Shown here: positions 24,750 through 35,998 of the stretch, piece by piece | Layout: each line of letters begins with the position of its first letter | Numbering within the stretch: position 1 is the stretch's first letter | Assembly: GCF_003334335.1 (NCBI RefSeq) | Contig: NZ_QOWQ01000005.1 | Length of the DNA stretch: 64,000 bases | From: Escherichia coli | GTDB lineage: Bacteria > Pseudomonadota > Gammaproteobacteria > Enterobacterales > Enterobacteriaceae | Direction: 5' to 3' (one strand) | Made by a program: the position numbers and the translations under genes | Notes under the pieces: model-generated | Seen by the model: the letters and a program-made list of their open reading frames with translations, nothing else | Databases searched by the model: none | Told to the model about the DNA's origin: nothing

Positions 24750-24848
24750 ATGACTACTTCCATGCTCAACGCAAAACTACTACCAACTGCGCCATCCGCC
24801 GCAGTGGTCGTCGTGCGTGTGGTGGTGGTCGTCGGCAATGCGCCGTAG
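24750..24848 (+). CDS. ivbL: ilvBN operon leader peptide
   Basis: MTTSMLNAKLLPTAPSAAVVVVRVVVVVGNAP, Val/Leu-rich leader; 32 codons. Confidence 0.9.
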   Translation: MTTSMLNAKLLPTAPSAAVVVVRVVVVVGNAP

Positions 24849-24873
24849 GGACTGGAACAACACACGATTCCAA

Positions 24874-24908
24874 AACCCCGCCGGCGCAAACCGGGCGGGG
24901 TTTTTCGT
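24874..24908 (+). terminator. ilvBN attenuator terminator
   Basis: ccccgccggcgcaaaccgggcgggg hairpin followed by T5. Confidence 0.7.
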
Positions 24909-24953
24909 TTAAGCACCTCCCGGAAAGTCGGCCCAGAAGAAAAGGACTGGAGC

Positions 24954-26642
24954 ATGGCAAGTTCGGGCACAACATCGACGCGTAAGCGCTTTACCGGCGC
25001 AGAATTTATCGTTCATTTCCTGGAACAGCAGGGCATTAAGATTGTGACAGGCATTCCGGGCGGTTCTATCCTGCCTGTTTACGATGCCTTAAGCCAAAGC
25101 ACGCAAATCCGCCATATTCTGGCCCGTCATGAACAGGGCGCGGGCTTTATCGCTCAGGGAATGGCGCGCACCGACGGTAAACCGGCGGTCTGTATGGCCT
25201 GTAGCGGACCGGGTGCGACTAACCTGGTGACCGCCATTGCCGATGCGCGGCTGGACTCCATCCCGCTGATTTGCATCACTGGTCAGGTTCCCGCCTCGAT
25301 GATCGGCACCGACGCCTTCCAGGAAGTGGACACCTACGGCATCTCTATCCCCATCACCAAACACAACTATCTGGTCAGACATATCGAAGAACTCCCGCAG
25401 GTCATGAGCGATGCCTTCCGCATTGCGCAATCAGGCCGCCCAGGCCCGGTGTGGATAGACATTCCTAAGGATGTGCAAACGGCAGTTTTTGAGATTGAAA
25501 CACAGCCCGCTATGGCAGAAAAAGCCGCCGCCCCCGCCTTTAGCGAAGAAAGCATTCGTGACGCAGCGGCGATGATTAACGCTGCCAAACGCCCGGTGCT
25601 TTATCTGGGCGGCGGTGTGATCAATGCGCCCGCACGGGTGCGTGAACTGGCGGAGAAAGCGCAACTGCCTACCACCATGACTTTAATGGCGCTGGGCATG
25701 TTGCCAAAAGCGCATCCGTTGTCGCTGGGTATGCTGGGGATGCACGGCGTGCGCAGCACCAACTATATTTTGCAGGAGGCGGATTTGTTGATAGTGCTCG
25801 GTGCGCGTTTTGATGACCGGGCGGTTGGCAAAACCGAGCAGTTCTGTCCGAATGCCAAAATCATTCATGTCGATATCGACCGTGCAGAGCTGGGTAAAAT
25901 CAAGCAGCCGCACGTGGCGATTCAGGCGGATGTTGATGACGTGCTGGCGCAGTTGATCCCGCTGGTGGAAGCGCAACCGCGTGCAGAGTGGCACCAGTTG
26001 GTAGCGGATTTGCAGCGTGAGTTTCCGTGTCCAATCCCGAAAGCGTGCGATCCGTTAAGCCATTACGGCCTGATCAACGCCGTTGCCGCCTGTGTCGATG
26101 ACAATGCAATTATCACCACCGACGTTGGTCAGCATCAGATGTGGACCGCGCAAGCTTATCCGCTCAATCGCCCACGCCAGTGGCTGACCTCCGGTGGGCT
26201 GGGCACGATGGGTTTTGGCCTGCCTGCGGCGATTGGCGCTGCGCTGGCGAACCCGGATCGCAAAGTGTTGTGTTTCTCCGGCGACGGCAGCCTGATGATG
26301 AATATTCAGGAGATGGCGACCGCCAGTGAAAATCAGCTGGATGTCAAAATCATTCTGATGAACAACGAAGCGCTGGGGCTGGTGCATCAGCAACAGAGTC
26401 TGTTCTACGAGCAAGGCGTTTTTGCCGCCACCTATCCGGGCAAAATCAACTTTATGCAGATTGCCGCCGGATTCGGCCTCGAAACCTGTGATTTGAATAA
26501 CGAAGCCGATCCGCAGGCTTCATTGCAGGAAATCATCAATCGCCCTGGCCCGGCGCTGATCCATGTGCGCATTGATGCCGAAGAAAAAGTTTACCCGATG
26601 GTGCCGCCAGGTGCGGCGAATACTGAAATGGTGGGGGAATAA
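24954..26642 (+). CDS. ilvB: Acetolactate synthase I large subunit
   Basis: 562 aa ThDP enzyme; follows ivbL attenuator. Confidence 0.95.
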   Translation: MASSGTTSTRKRFTGAEFIVHFLEQQGIKIVTGIPGGSILPVYDALSQSTQIRHILARHEQGAGFIAQGMARTDGKPAVCMACSGPGATNLVTAIADARLDSIPLICITGQVPASMIGTDAFQEVDTYGISIPITKHNYLVRHIEELPQVMSDAFRIAQSGRPGPVWIDIPKDVQTAVFEIETQPAMAEKAAAPAFSEESIRDAAAMINAAKRPVLYLGGGVINAPARVRELAEKAQLPTTMTLMALGMLPKAHPLSLGMLGMHGVRSTNYILQEADLLIVLGARFDDRAVGKTEQFCPNAKIIHVDIDRAELGKIKQPHVAIQADVDDVLAQLIPLVEAQPRAEWHQLVADLQREFPCPIPKACDPLSHYGLINAVAACVDDNAIITTDVGQHQMWTAQAYPLNRPRQWLTSGGLGTMGFGLPAAIGAALANPDRKVLCFSGDGSLMMNIQEMATASENQLDVKIILMNNEALGLVHQQQSLFYEQGVFAATYPGKINFMQIAAGFGLETCDLNNEADPQASLQEIINRPGPALIHVRIDAEEKVYPMVPPGAANTEMVGE

Positions 26643-26645
26643 GCC

Positions 26646-26936
26646 ATGCAAAACACAACTCATGACAACGTAATTCTGGAGCTCACCGTTCGCAACCATC
26701 CGGGCGTAATGACCCACGTTTGTGGCCTTTTTGCCCGCCGCGCTTTTAACGTTGAAGGCATTCTTTGTCTGCCGATTCAGGACAGCGACAAAAGCCATAT
26801 CTGGCTACTGGTCAATGACGACCAGCGTCTGGAGCAGATGATAAGCCAAATCGATAAGCTGGAAGATGTCGTGAAAGTGCAGCGTAATCAGTCCGATCCG
26901 ACGATGTTTAACAAGATCGCGGTGTTTTTTCAGTAA
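26646..26936 (+). CDS. ilvN: Acetolactate synthase I small (regulatory) subunit
   Basis: 96 aa ACT-domain protein immediately after ilvB. Confidence 0.95.
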
Positions 26937-26954
26937 CCGCTCAAGGCTTGAACA

Positions 26955-26992
26955 ACATCGCGCTTATCGTTAAGGTAAGCGCGTATTTTTTT
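26955..26992 (+). terminator. Terminator after ilvN
   Basis: cgcgcttatcg...ggtaagcgcg hairpin followed by T-run. Confidence 0.5.
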
Positions 26993-27011
26993 TACCCGCC
27001 AGGACAAGACC

Positions 27012-27602
27012 ATGATCACCGTTGCCCTTATAGACGATCACCTCATCGTCCGCTCCGGCTTTGCGCAGCTGCTGGGGCTGGAACCTGATTTGCAGGTAGT
27101 TGCCGAGTTTGGTTCGGGGCGCGAGGCGCTGGCGGGGCTGCCGGGGCGCGGTGTGCAGGTGTGTATTTGCGATATCTCCATGCCCGATATCTCCGGTCTG
27201 GAGCTGCTAAGCCAGCTGCCGAAAGGTATGGCGACGATTATGCTCTCTGTTCACGACAGTCCTGCGCTGGTTGAGCAGGCGCTTAACGCGGGGGCACGCG
27301 GCTTTCTTTCCAAACGCTGTAGCCCGGATGAACTCATTGCTGCGGTGCATACGGTTGCCACGGGCGGCTGTTATCTGACGCCGGATATTGCCATTAAACT
27401 GGCATCCGGTCGTCAGGACCCGCTAACCAAACGTGAACGCCAGGTGGCGGAAAAACTGGCGCAAGGAATGGCGGTGAAAGAGATTGCCGCCGAACTGGGC
27501 TTGTCACCGAAAACGGTACACGTCCATCGCGCCAATCTGATGGAAAAACTGGGCGTCAGTAACGACGTAGAGCTGGCGCGCCGCATGTTTGATGGCTGGT
27601 GA
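27012..27602 (+). CDS. uhpA: Response regulator UhpA (NarL/FixJ family)
   Basis: 196 aa; receiver plus LuxR-type HTH. Confidence 0.95.
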
Positions 27603-29104
27603 TGAAGACGTTGTTCTCCCGCTTAATTACCGTTATTGCCTGCTTTTTTATCTTCTCTGCCGCATGGTTTTGCCTGTGGAGTATCAGCCTGCATCTGGTT
27701 GAGCGCCCTGATATGGCGGTGCTGTTATTTCCGTTTGGTCTGCGTCTGGGGCTAATGCTGCAATGCCCGCGCGGATACTGGCCCGTATTGCTGGGCGCGG
27801 AGTGGCTGCTGATTTACTGGCTAACGCAGGCGGTCGGTTTAACCCATTTTCCGTTATTGATGATCGGTAGTTTACTGACGTTACTGCCCGTAGCGCTGAT
27901 CTCGCGCTATCGCCATCAGCGTGACTGGCGCACCTTGCTGTTACAGGGGGCGGCGTTAACGGCGGCGGCGTTGTTGCAGTCGCTGCCCTGGCTTTGGCAC
28001 GGCAAAGAGTCGTGGAATGCGCTGTTGCTGACTTTAACTGGCGGCCTGACGCTGGCCCCGATATGTCTGGTGTTCTGGCACTATCTCGCCAATAACACCT
28101 GGCTGCCGCTCGGTCCGTCACTGGTTTCTCAGCCAATCAACTGGCGCGGGCGACATCTGGTCTGGTACTTGCTGCTGTTTGTTATCAGTCTCTGGCTCCA
28201 GTTGGGATTGCCGGACGAACTGTCGCGCTTTACGCCATTCTGTCTGGCGCTGCCGATTATCGCGCTGGCCTGGCACTATGGTTGGCAAGGGGCGCTGATT
28301 GCGACGTTGATGAACGCCATCGCGCTGATCGCCAGTCAAACCTGGCGCGATCATCCGGTGGATTTATTGCTCTCGCTGCTGGTGCAAAGTCTGACAGGGT
28401 TGTTGCTTGGCGCTGGCATCCAGCGGTTGCGTGAACTTAACCAGTCGCTGCAAAAGGAACTGGCGCGCAATCAGCATCTGGCTGAACGGTTGCTGGAAAC
28501 CGAAGAGAGCGTGCGCCGTGATGTGGCGCGTGAGCTGCATGATGATATCGGTCAGACCATCACTGCTATTCGTACTCAGGCGGGCATTGTTCAGCGGCTG
28601 GCGGCAGATAACGCCAGCGTGAAGCAGAGCGGGCAGCTCATCGAACAACTATCGCTGGGCGTTTACGACGCGGTGCGCCGTTTGTTGGGTCGGTTACGTC
28701 CGCGCCAGTTGGATGATCTCACCCTGGAGCAGGCCATCCGCTCACTGATGCGGGAAATGGAGCTGGAAGGGCGCGGTATTGTCAGCCATCTCGAATGGCG
28801 AATCGATGAATCAGCGTTAAGCGAAAACCAGCGCGTGACGCTGTTTCGTGTCTGCCAGGAAGGGCTGAACAACATTGTGAAACATGCTGATGCCAGCGCG
28901 GTCACCCTGCAAGGCTGGCAGCAGGATGAACGGTTGATGCTGGTTATTGAAGACGATGGCAGCGGTTTGCCGCCGGGTTCCGGGCAACAAGGTTTTGGCC
29001 TCACCGGAATGCGCGAGCGCGTAACGGCGCTGGGTGGCACATTACACATTTCCTGTCTGCACGGCACGCGTGTCAGCGTTTCTCTACCTCAACGCTATGT
29101 CTAA
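27602..29104 (+). CDS. uhpB: Sensor histidine kinase UhpB
   Basis: 500 aa; membrane N-terminal domain, H-box ELHDDIGQ; start overlaps uhpA stop. Confidence 0.9.
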
Positions 29105-29113
29105 GGTTTGATG

Positions 29114-30433
29114 ATGTTGCCGTTTCTGAAAGCGCCTGCCGATGCGCCATTAATGACTGATAAATATGAAATTGATGCCCGCTATCGCTACTGGCGTCGG
29201 CATATTCTGCTGACCATCTGGCTGGGTTACGCGCTGTTTTACTTCACGCGGAAAAGTTTTAACGCCGCCGTACCAGAAATCCTTGCTAACGGCGTGCTCA
29301 GCCGTAGCGATATCGGCCTGTTAGCGACCCTGTTTTACATTACCTATGGCGTGTCGAAGTTTGTCTCCGGCATTGTCAGCGATCGCTCAAATGCCCGTTA
29401 TTTTATGGGGATAGGGCTTATCGCCACGGGCATTATCAACATTCTGTTTGGCTTCTCGACGTCGCTATGGGCGTTTGCCGTGCTCTGGGTGCTGAACGCC
29501 TTTTTCCAGGGCTGGGGTTCACCGGTGTGTGCGCGTCTGTTAACGGCCTGGTATTCACGTACCGAGCGCGGCGGTTGGTGGGCATTATGGAACACGGCGC
29601 ATAACGTCGGCGGCGCACTCATTCCCATTGTGATGGCAGCGGCTGCGCTGCATTACGGCTGGCGTGCCGGGATGATGATTGCTGGTTGTATGGCGATAGT
29701 CGTGGGGATTTTTCTCTGCTGGCGGCTACGCGATCGCCCGCAGGCGTTAGGTTTACCGGCGGTCGGTGAATGGCGACACGACGCGCTGGAAATTGCTCAA
29801 CAACAAGAAGGGGCAGGGTTGACGCGTAAAGAGATCCTCACCAAATATGTGTTGCTGAATCCGTATATCTGGCTGCTTTCGTTTTGCTATGTGCTGGTCT
29901 ATGTGGTCCGGGCGGCGATCAACGACTGGGGCAATTTGTATATGTCCGAGACACTGGGCGTCGATCTGGTCACGGCGAATACGGCAGTGACGATGTTTGA
30001 ACTGGGCGGATTTATCGGTGCGCTGGTAGCCGGTTGGGGCTCGGACAAATTGTTTAACGGCAACCGAGGGCCGATGAATTTGATTTTCGCCGCCGGAATT
30101 TTGCTTTCAGTCGGCTCCCTGTGGCTGATGCCATTTGCCAGCTACGTGATGCAGGCAACCTGCTTCTTCACCATTGGTTTTTTTGTCTTTGGCCCACAGA
30201 TGTTAATCGGTATGGCGGCGGCAGAGTGTTCCCACAAAGAGGCGGCAGGGGCGGCGACGGGGTTTGTCGGCTTGTTTGCTTATCTGGGGGCGTCGCTTGC
30301 TGGTTGGCCGCTGGCGAAAGTACTCGATACCTGGCACTGGAGCGGATTTTTTGTGGTTATCTCTATCGCCGCCGGGATTTCCGCACTGCTGTTACTGCCC
30401 TTTTTGAACGCCCAGACACCGCGCGAAGCGTGA
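29114..30433 (+). CDS. uhpC: Membrane sensor UhpC (MFS, glucose-6-phosphate receptor)
   Basis: 439 aa from MLPFLKAP; paralogue of UhpT. Confidence 0.9.
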   Translation: MLPFLKAPADAPLMTDKYEIDARYRYWRRHILLTIWLGYALFYFTRKSFNAAVPEILANGVLSRSDIGLLATLFYITYGVSKFVSGIVSDRSNARYFMGIGLIATGIINILFGFSTSLWAFAVLWVLNAFFQGWGSPVCARLLTAWYSRTERGGWWALWNTAHNVGGALIPIVMAAAALHYGWRAGMMIAGCMAIVVGIFLCWRLRDRPQALGLPAVGEWRHDALEIAQQQEGAGLTRKEILTKYVLLNPYIWLLSFCYVLVYVVRAAINDWGNLYMSETLGVDLVTANTAVTMFELGGFIGALVAGWGSDKLFNGNRGPMNLIFAAGILLSVGSLWLMPFASYVMQATCFFTIGFFVFGPQMLIGMAAAECSHKEAAGAATGFVGLFAYLGASLAGWPLAKVLDTWHWSGFFVVISIAAGISALLLLPFLNAQTPREA

Positions 30434-30460
30434 TGCATCTCACCTTTTCACTTCATATCC

Positions 30461-30491
30461 GGCAAAACTAAGAAATTTTCCAGGTTTTGCC
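30461..30491 (+). promoter_or_regulatory. Putative UhpA-binding inverted repeat in the uhpT promoter
   Basis: ggcaaaac ... gttttgcc inverted repeat about 80-110 bp upstream of uhpT ATG. Confidence 0.5.
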
Positions 30492-30570
30492 TGGACGCTA
30501 TCTCAGGCCTGATTTGCTGCTGATTTTTACAATGCATGCCTCACGCAGGTATTCATTTCAGGAGTAACCC

Positions 30571-31962
30571 ATGCTGGCTTTCTTAAACCAGGTTCGCAAG
30601 CCGACCCTGGACCTTCCGCTCGAAGTGCGGCGCAAAATGTGGTTCAAACCGTTCATGCAATCCTACCTGGTGGTCTTTATCGGCTACCTGACGATGTACC
30701 TGATTCGCAAGAACTTTAACATCGCGCAGAACGATATGATTTCGACCTACGGGTTGAGCATGACGCAGCTGGGGATGATCGGCCTGGGTTTCTCCATCAC
30801 TTATGGCGTGGGTAAAACGCTGGTTTCCTACTACGCCGACGGCAAAAACACCAAACAATTCCTGCCGTTCATGCTGATCCTCTCTGCTATTTGTATGCTG
30901 GGCTTCAGTGCCAGTATGGGCAGCGGCTCGGTTAGCCTGTTCCTGATGATTGCCTTCTACGCCTTAAGCGGCTTTTTCCAGAGTACCGGCGGTTCGTGCA
31001 GTTACTCCACCATCACCAAATGGACGCCGCGTCGTAAACGCGGGACATTCCTCGGTTTCTGGAATATTTCTCACAACCTTGGCGGTGCAGGCGCAGCAGG
31101 TGTGGCGCTGTTCGGGGCAAATTACCTGTTCGATGGCCATGTCATCGGCATGTTTATCTTCCCGTCGATTATCGCGCTGATTGTCGGTTTTATCGGCCTG
31201 CGTTACGGCAGCGACTCCCCGGAATCTTATGGCCTCGGCAAAGCTGAAGAACTGTTCGGCGAGGAGATCAGCGAAGAGGACAAAGAGACAGAATCTACCG
31301 ATATGACCAAGTGGCAGATCTTTGTTGAGTATGTGCTGAAAAACAAAGTGATCTGGCTGCTGTGCTTCGCCAACATTTTCCTCTATGTGGTACGTATTGG
31401 TATCGACCAGTGGTCAACCGTATACGCGTTCCAGGAACTGAAACTCTCTAAAGCGGTGGCGATTCAGGGCTTTACGCTGTTTGAAGCTGGTGCGCTGGTC
31501 GGTACGCTGCTGTGGGGCTGGCTCTCTGACCTGGCGAACGGTCGCCGTGGCCTGGTGGCCTGCATCGCGCTGGCGCTGATTATCGCCACGCTCGGTGTGT
31601 ATCAACATGCCAGTAACGAATATATCTATCTGGCTTCTCTCTTTGCGTTGGGTTTCCTGGTCTTTGGCCCGCAATTGTTGATTGGTGTGGCTGCTGTTGG
31701 CTTTGTACCTAAAAAAGCGATTGGCGCTGCCGATGGTATTAAAGGCACCTTTGCTTACCTGATTGGTGACAGCTTTGCCAAGTTAGGTCTGGGAATGATT
31801 GCCGATGGGACGCCGGTATTCGGCCTTACCGGCTGGGCAGGCACCTTCGCCGCGCTGGATATCGCCGCGATTGGTTGTATCTGCCTGATGGCGATAGTGG
31901 CGGTAATGGAAGAACGCAAAATCCGCCGCGAGAAAAAAATTCAGCAGTTGACAGTGGCATAA
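30571..31962 (+). CDS. uhpT: Hexose-6-phosphate:phosphate antiporter UhpT
   Basis: 463 aa MFS organophosphate:Pi antiporter. Confidence 0.95.
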
Positions 31963-31977
31963 ACGTAACTGGTGACT

Positions 31978-32005
31978 TTTGCCCGGCATGACGCCGGGCT
32001 TTTTT
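31978..32005. terminator. Bidirectional terminator between uhpT and ade
   Basis: gcccggcatgacgccgggc followed by T7. Confidence 0.55.
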
Positions 32006-32007
32006 TA

Positions 32008-33774
32008 TTATTCCGTGACTTCCAGCGTAGTGAAGGCAAACTTCTCGCCATCAAATAGCCCCTGACTGGTTAGTTTTAGCGCGGGGATCACTGGCAGAGA
32101 AAGAAACGCCATCTGAATAAACGGCTCATCGGGTAACGGACCGCATTCACGGGCGGCGGCTTTCAAGGCGTCAATTTGTTCCGCCAGCGACTGCGCCGTG
32201 TCGGTGCTCATCAGCCCGGCAATGGGTAACGGCAGATGACTTTGTACCTGGCCGTTACGTACCACGCACAGCCCGCCGCCATCCTGAATCACCTGATTGA
32301 CCGCCAGCGCCATCTCTTCGGCACTGCGACCGATCACCACAATATTATGGCTGTCATGGCTGACCGTCGCAGCCAGCGCACCTTCATTCAGTCCAAAGCC
32401 GCCAAGCAAACCACAAGCCGGAGCCAGCCGTTGCCCGTAACGCTCAAGTACGGCAATAAAGCTCACATCATCGCGATCAAAACCATTTTCGCTGTAGACG
32501 CTGGAGTGGGAGTGCGTAATCAATTCGTTATGGATGACGTCAATGACCCGATAGCGTTTTCCGGGCGTAAATTGCAGGGCAAAGTCGCTGGCGGAAACTG
32601 GCTGGCGGGCAATGGTGTTGCCATATGGCGGAGCGGATTGTGCCAGTCTCGCCGACTCTTCCGCCTGTAAGGTTTGCGCATCAATCGGCTCGCCTTTCAC
32701 CAGTACCTGCTGCACCGTGACCTTACGCGCATCGCTCAACAGGACGATATCGGCCTGCTTGCCGGGTGCCAGTAAGCCGAGGTGATTCAGACCAAAGTGG
32801 CGCGCCGTCGACCAGCTGGCGACGCGATATGCCACATGCAGCGGCACATTGTGTTGTTCGATCAGGCGGCGAATTAAGGCATCGATGTGTCCTTCATGGG
32901 CGATCTCCCACGGGTTACGGTCATCGGTACAGAGCATGCATTGCGGGCTGTTAAATTCGTTGATCAACGGTGCCAGCGCGTTGAGATTGCGGGCAGCGGA
33001 CCCTTCGCGGATCATCAACGACATGCCGAGTTGTAATTTCCGGCGTCCTTCTTCCAGCTGATAACTTTCGTGGCAGTTTTCAATACCCGCAGTAATATAG
33101 GCGTTAAGTTCTTTACCACCCAAACCCGGGCAGTGACCGTCCAGCGTCAGGTGGCGAAATGCATCCAGTTTATCGAGCAGCGCATTCTGCCCGCTAATTA
33201 CGCCAGGGTAGTCCATCATTTCTGCAAGGCCGGTAACCTGCGGATGGTCCCGCCAGGCGAGCATCTGTTCAAGGGTAAAACTGGCACCGTTAACATCGCA
33301 GCCTTCCAGGGCGGGTACGCAAGAGCTGACCTGTAAGTACTGGTTTTGCCTTGCCTGTTCGGCACAGCGGGCAAACCAGGCGAATCCGGCTTCGCCCATC
33401 ACGTTGACGATTTCATGAGGGTCGCAAATAACGGTCGTCAGGCCGCGCGGCAGGGTAGCGGTTTCAAAAGTGACCGGCGTCATCATGCTGGATTCAATAT
33501 GCAGGTGAGCATCAATAAACCCTGGCACCGCCGTTGCGCCGCGAGCATCAATCCGCTGCAAAGCCGGAGCATCAGTGTATTCTGCGCCAACACCGGCAAT
33601 GTAACGTCCTTTAATCACAATTGGGCCGGAAATTTCTCCGCCATTGATCAGGTCGAGAATAGAGACATTATCAATAATATAATCGGCAACAGCGTCGCCA
33701 CGGGAAACGGCTAACAATTCCTGGTATTCAGCCCGGCTAATGTGATGAAATTTATGGTTAATAGAATTATTCAT
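32008..33774 (-). CDS. ade: Adenine deaminase
   Basis: 588 aa amidohydrolase with metal-binding motif [11 protein letters not shown]. Confidence 0.95.
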
Positions 33775-33948
33775 ATTTTTCTCATTTTGATTTTATCAAT
33801 TTGATTATTATTTATCATAAAGAAACGTCGCGAGATTATTAAAGAATATCCATTAATGTGCAATTGAAATGTGATAATTATCACTGAACCGTTGTTGTCA
33901 TTTGTTTTACAAAAGCAAGGGATTAAATCTCCTCCAATGGACAAAAAA

Positions 33949-35283
33949 ATGAATAATGACAATACCGATTACGTGAGTAATGAATCAGGGACGCTTTCGC
34001 GATTATTTAAACTACCTCAGCATGGGACCACCGTCCGCACAGAATTGATTGCGGGGATGACCACTTTTTTAACCATGGTGTACATCGTTTTTGTGAACCC
34101 GCAAATCCTCGGCGCGGCACAAATGGACCCGAAAGTGGTGTTTGTTACCACCTGTTTGATTGCCGGTATCGGCAGTATTGCGATGGGGATATTTGCTAAC
34201 TTACCCGTGGCGCTGGCTCCGGCAATGGGGCTGAACGCCTTCTTTGCCTTCGTGGTCGTGGGGGCGATGGGCATCTCCTGGCAGACCGGGATGGGCGCAA
34301 TATTCTGGGGCGCAGTTGGACTATTTTTGCTCACGCTGTTTCGTATCCGGTACTGGATGATCTCCAACATTCCCTTAAGTTTACGTATTGGTATCACCAG
34401 CGGAATTGGATTATTTATCGCCTTAATGGGATTAAAAAATACTGGCGTTATTGTCGCCAATAAAGACACGCTGGTGATGATTGGCGATTTAAGTTCTCAC
34501 GGCGTGTTGTTAGGTATTTTAGGGTTTTTTATTATAACCGTGTTGTCATCACGTCATTTTCATGCCGCGGTGCTGGTTTCTATTGTGGTGACGTCTTGCT
34601 GTGGATTATTTTTCGGTGATGTTCATTTTAGCGGCGTCTATTCCATTCCGCCTGATATTAGCGGCGTCATTGGTGAAGTAGATTTGAGCGGCGCGTTAAC
34701 ACTTGAACTCGCCGGTATCATTTTCTCCTTTATGCTGATCAACCTATTTGATTCATCAGGAACATTAATTGGTGTAACTGATAAAGCGGGCTTAATAGAT
34801 GGTAACGGTAAATTCCCCAATATGAATAAGGCGCTGTATGTTGATAGCGTCAGTTCGGTGGCGGGTGCGTTTATCGGCACCTCGTCTGTTACTGCCTATA
34901 TTGAAAGTACTTCTGGTGTGGCAGTCGGTGGCCGCACGGGGCTGACTGCGGTTGTGGTTGGCGTTATGTTCCTGTTGGTTATGTTCTTCTCACCGCTGGT
35001 GGCGATAGTTCCTCCTTACGCAACCGCCGGAGCGTTAATCTTTGTTGGCGTGCTGATGACTTCGAGCCTGGCGCGCGTTAACTGGGATGATTTTACCGAA
35101 TCGGTGCCTGCGTTTATTACCACGGTGATGATGCCCTTTACTTTCTCGATCACCGAAGGGATTGCACTCGGCTTTATGTCGTACTGCATCATGAAAGTAT
35201 GCACCGGGCGCTGGCGCGATCTGAACCTGTGTGTGGTGGTGGTCGCAGCTCTGTTTGCACTGAAGATTATTCTGGTGGATTAG
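33949..35283 (+). CDS. adeP: Adenine permease (NCS2/AzgA family)
   Basis: ORF 33871..35283; start ambiguous between 33937 (MDKK) and 33949 (MNNDN). Confidence 0.8.
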   Translation: MNNDNTDYVSNESGTLSRLFKLPQHGTTVRTELIAGMTTFLTMVYIVFVNPQILGAAQMDPKVVFVTTCLIAGIGSIAMGIFANLPVALAPAMGLNAFFAFVVVGAMGISWQTGMGAIFWGAVGLFLLTLFRIRYWMISNIPLSLRIGITSGIGLFIALMGLKNTGVIVANKDTLVMIGDLSSHGVLLGILGFFIITVLSSRHFHAAVLVSIVVTSCCGLFFGDVHFSGVYSIPPDISGVIGEVDLSGALTLELAGIIFSFMLINLFDSSGTLIGVTDKAGLIDGNGKFPNMNKALYVDSVSSVAGAFIGTSSVTAYIESTSGVAVGGRTGLTAVVVGVMFLLVMFFSPLVAIVPPYATAGALIFVGVLMTSSLARVNWDDFTESVPAFITTVMMPFTFSITEGIALGFMSYCIMKVCTGRWRDLNLCVVVVAALFALKIILVD

Positions 35284-35335
35284 TAACTGGCGAGGGTTTC
35301 CAGATATCATGAGTTCTGATTACGCAGGAGAACTC

Positions 35336-35788
35336 ATGATCTGGATAATGCTCGCCACGCTGGCGGTAGTGTTTGTGGTTGGTTTTCGGGTGCTGACATC
35401 CGGGGCCAGAAAAGCGATTCGCCGTCTCAGCGATCGGCTGAACATCGATGTCGTACCCGTGGAGTCGATGGTCGATCAAATGGGAAAGTCAGCTGGTGAC
35501 GAATTTTTACGTTATTTGCATCGTCCGGATGAGTCGCACCTGCAAAACGCCGCGCAGGTGTTGCTCATCTGGCAAATTGTCATTGTCGATGGTAGCGAAC
35601 AGAACCTGCTGCAATGGCATCGGATTTTACAAAAAGCTCGCCTCGCCGCGCCGATTACCGACGCTCAGGTCAGGCTGGCGCTAGGTTTTCTGCGCGAAAC
35701 CGAACCTGAAATGCAGGATATTAATGCTTTTCAGATGCGCTATAACGCGTTCTTTCAGCCTGCCGAGGGCGTTCACTGGTTGCATTGA
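35336..35788 (+). CDS. yicN: DUF1198 protein YicN
   Basis: Start at MIWIMLATL (150 aa) with SD aggag 7 nt upstream; N-terminal TM helix. Confidence 0.8.
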   Translation: MIWIMLATLAVVFVVGFRVLTSGARKAIRRLSDRLNIDVVPVESMVDQMGKSAGDEFLRYLHRPDESHLQNAAQVLLIWQIVIVDGSEQNLLQWHRILQKARLAAPITDAQVRLALGFLRETEPEMQDINAFQMRYNAFFQPAEGVHWLH

Positions 35789-35794
35789 AACCGT

Positions 35795-35866
35795 TTCGTC
35801 TTATCAGCCTACAGACCGCGCCTGACCTGTCGGGTGGATAAGACGTTCACGCCGCATCCGGTAATC
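35795..35866. repeat. REP/BIME element
   Basis: cgtcttatcagcctacag and ggataagacgttcacgccgcatccgg. Confidence 0.5.
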
Positions 35867-35998
35867 TTTGCCCTGTTCCGTTTCGATCTTAACTCCAGCT
35901 CAAGCAACACCGTAAAAGTTGCAAAAACGTTAAATGCGTCACACATTTCAATGTTAAAGTGGTCGGCTTTTCCCCTGAAACATGCCACGGGTAACACC

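Noticed and set aside
24473-24970. 165-aa minus-strand ORF across the ilvB leader
   Set aside because: It runs antisense through ivbL, the attenuator and the IstR region; low-complexity Thr/Arg composition.
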